Part shown: positions 60,601-64,000 of the stretch, piece after piece
Layout: the number at the start of each line of letters is the position of its first letter
Numbering within the stretch: the stretch's first letter is position 1
Notes under the pieces: model-generated
What the model was told of the DNA's origin: nothing
What the model saw: the letters and a program-made list of their open reading frames with translations, nothing else
Database searches by the model: none
Position numbers and translations under genes: made by a program
From: Pristiophorus japonicus
Lineage: Eukaryota
DNA length: 64,000 nucleotides
NCBI RefSeq assembly: GCF_044704955.1
Contig: NC_092008.1
Span: forward strand, 11,842,001 to 11,906,000
Reading direction: 5' to 3'

Positions 60601-63012
60601 AGACCCCCTTCAATCAGACCCCCATCAATCAGTCCCCATCAATCAGATCGTTATCAATAGTGCCAAGTTAGCCACCATAAACCAGTGCTGATCAATCCAA
60701 GCCACATTAAGCAAACCCTCATCAATCAGACCCCCATCGATCATTCCACCATCAATCAGATCCCCATCAATTTGAGCCCCATCAATCAGCTACTACAATC
60801 AGAACCCCATCAATCAGACTCCCTCTATCTGATCCACTTTAATCAGACCCTCATCAATCTGAACACCTCAATCAGACCACCATCAACCAAACCCCATCAA
60901 TCTGATGCCAATCAACCAGATCCCTATCAATCAGCCCCATCAATCAGACCCTCATTAATCGGAACCACATCAATCAGAGCCCCATCAATCAGACCCCGTC
61001 AAGCAGACACCCTTCTATCTGACCCTCATCAATCAGACTCCGATTAATCAGACCCCCATCTATCAGACCACCATTAATCAGGCCATCATCAATCTGACCC
61101 CTATCAATTAGACCCCTATCAATCAGATTCCCATCAAACAGAGTTCCATCAATTATCCCCATCAACCAGACGCCCATCAACCAGAACCCCATCAATCAGT
61201 TCCCGTCAATCAGACCTTTATCATAATGTCAAATTAATCATACCACCATCAATGAGACCTCATCAATCAGACCCTCATCAGTCAGATCCTCATCAATCAG
61301 GCCAACATCAATAATACCCCATCAAACAGAGCCCGTCAATCAGGCCCCCATCAATCAGTCCCCATCAATCAGACCCCGATCAATTAGACCCTCATCAAGC
61401 AAGACCGATCAATCAGAGCCTATCAATCAGACACTCATCCAGCAGACATCCTTCAATCAGATTCCCATCAATCAGATTCCCATCAATCAGATCACCATCA
61501 ATCAGTCCCCATCAATCAGACCCCCTTCAGTCAGATACCGTCAATCCGACCACATCAATCAAACACCATTAGACAGACCCCAAGCAATCAGACCCCCATC
61601 AATCAGAATACTTCAATCAGACACCCATCAATCAGACTCCGATCAATCTGGCCCCCAACAAAGAGACCATCATCAAGCAGACCCTCATCAAACAGAACTC
61701 CATCATTCAGACCCCATCAATCAGATCTCCATCTGTCAAAACACTTCAAACAGAGCCCCACCAATCATACCCCATCAATCAGAGCCCTATCAAACAGATG
61801 TTTATCAATAGTGCCAAGTCAATCATACCACCATCAATCAGACCTCATCAATCAGACCATCATTGATCAGACCTTCATCAGTCAGACCCCCATAAATCAG
61901 AGCCCCATTAATCAAGCCCTCATCAATCATGCCCTCATCAATCATACGCCCATCAATCAGACCCCTTCAATCAGACCACATCAATCAGACCCTCATCAAT
62001 CAGACCCTCATCAATCAGACCTCATCAATCAGACCCTCATCAATCAGACCCTCATCAATCAGACCTCATCAATCAGATGCTCATCAATCAGACCCTCATC
62101 GATCAGACCCTCATCAATCATACTCCCATCAATCAGACCCTCATCAATCAGACCCTCATCAAAAAGATCCCCATCAATCAGATCCCCATCAATCAGACCA
62201 CCATCAATCAGACCACCATCAATCAAACTCTCATCAATCAGACCACCATCAATCAGAACCTCATCAATCAGACCCCCATCAATCAGACCTTCATCAATCA
62301 ACCCCCAATCAATCAGACCCCCATCAACCCGACCCCCATAAATCAAATCACCATCAATCAGACTCTCATGAATCAGACCACAATCAATCAGACCCTCATC
62401 AATCAGACACTCATCAAGCAGAACCTCATCAATCAGACCTTTATCAATAGTGCCAATTAATCATACCACTAGCAATCAGACCTCATCAATCAGACCCCCA
62501 TCACTCAGACCACCATCAGTCAGACCCCCATAAATCAGAGCCCCATTAATCAAGCCCTCATCAAGCAGACCCTCATCAATCAGGCCCTCATCAATCATAC
62601 CCCCATCAATCAGACCCCTTCAATCAGACGACATCAATCAGACCCTCATCAATCAGAACCTCTTCAATCAGACCTCATCAATCAGACGCTCATCAATCAG
62701 ACCCTCATCGATCAGACCCTCATCAATCATACTCCCATCAATCAGACCCTCATCAATCAGACCCTCATCAATCAGACCCTCACCAATCAGACCCCCATCC
62801 ATCAGACCACCATCAATCAGACCACCATCAATCAGACCACCATCAATCAGACCCCTATATATCAGACCACCATCAATCAAACTCTCATCAATCAGACCAC
62901 CATGAATCAGAACCTCATCAATCAGACCCCCATCAATCAGACCTTCATCAATCAACCCCCAATCAATCAGACGCCCATCAACCCGACCCCTATAAATCAA
63001 ATCACCATCAAT

Positions 63013-64000
63013 CATAGAAACATAGAAACATAGAAAATAGGTGCAGGAGCAGGCCATTCAGCCCTTCTAGCCTGCACCGCCATTCAATGAGTTCATGGCT
63101 GAACATGAAACTTCAGTACCCCCTTCCTGCTTTCTCGCCATAACCCTTGATCCCCCGAGTAGTAAGGACTTCATCTAACTCCCTTTTGAATATATTTAGT
63201 GAATTGGCCTCAACTACTTTCTGTGGTAGAGAATTCCACAGGTTCACCACTCTCTGGGTGAAGAAGTTTCTCCTCATCTCGGTCCTAAATGGCTTACCCC
63301 TTATCCTCAGACTGTGACCCCTGGTTCTGGACTTCCCCAACATTGGGAACATTCTTTCTGCATCTAACCTGTCTAAACCCGTCAGAATTTTAAACGTTTC
63401 TATGAGGTCCCCTCTCATTCTTCTGAACTCCAGTGAATACAAGCCCAATTGATCCAATCTTTCTTGATAGGTCAGTCCCGCCATCCCGGGAATCAGTCTG
63501 GTGAACCTTCGCTGCACTCCCTCAATAGCAAGAATGTCCTTCCTCAAGTTAGGAGACCAAAACTGTACACAATACTCCAGGTGTGGCCTCACCAAGGCCC
63601 TGTACAACTGTAGCAACACCTCCCTGCCCCTGTATTCAAATCCCCTCGCTATGAAGGCCAACATGCCATTTGCTTTCTTAACCGCCTGCTGTACCTGCAT
63701 GCCAACCTTCAATGACTGATGTACCATGACACCCAGGTCTCGTTGCACCTTCCCTTTTCCTAATCTGTCACCATTCAGATAATAGTCTGTCTCTCTGTTT
63801 TTACCACCAAAGTGGATAACCTCACATTTATCCACATTATACTTCATCTGCCATGCATTTGCCCACTCACCTAACCTATCCAAGTCACTCTGCAGCCTAA
63901 TAGCATCCTCCTCGCAGCTCACACTGCCACCCAACTTAGTATCATCCGCAAATTTGGAGATACTGCATTTAATCCCCTCGTCTAAATCATTAATGTACAA
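63013..64000 (-). mobile_element. Young CR1 LINE with uninterrupted ORF2 C-terminus (runs off the window)
   Basis: Open 295-aa frame 64000-63113 (ISKFADDTKLGG...GYGEKAGRGY*); perfect (TTTCTATG)n tail at ~63013-63036. Confidence 0.95.

Larger units (their letters stand above)
45360..63012 (+). repeat. Large 14-15-bp satellite array, consensus CATCAATCAGACCCC, with higher-order structure and embedded CR1 pieces
   Basis: Hundreds of tandem units; near-perfect in ~48420-49340 and ~56000-63000. Confidence 0.97.

Noticed and set aside
45360-63012. Long repetitive ORFs (SDPHQ, IRPPS, QTPIN, LIDGG repeats)
   Set aside because: A 15-bp unit without stop codons is open in several frames automatically; frequent 14-bp units shift frame and there is no gene structure

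Overview
Vertebrate genomic DNA, most likely from a cartilaginous fish. This is inferred from shark-type CR1 LINEs with (TTTCTATG)n/(TTCTTATG)n tails, a tRNA/Deu-type SINE and a two-exon GPR139-like receptor gene. The left ~13 kb is LINE-rich sequence (RTE, L2, CR1) around one intact spliced GPR139-like GPCR gene. From ~13.5 kb to the end, the window is a 15-bp satellite (consensus CATCAATCAGACCCC), degenerate on the left and homogeneous on the right, interrupted by many CR1 insertions and a solo LTR. Two nearly identical, intact five-exon alpha-tubulin genes (minus strand, ~13.4 kb apart) lie inside the satellite. Each is a ~3.2-kb cassette (TATA/CCAAT promoter plus gene) with satellite directly on both sides. 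The encoded 451-aa isotype is divergent on helices H11-H12 and has no C-terminal tyrosine. By eye, the cassettes are much more similar to each other than the duplicated flanks are, which suggests concerted evolution of a satellite-borne tubulin amplicon. All identity figures are by-eye estimates; no alignments or database searches were run.
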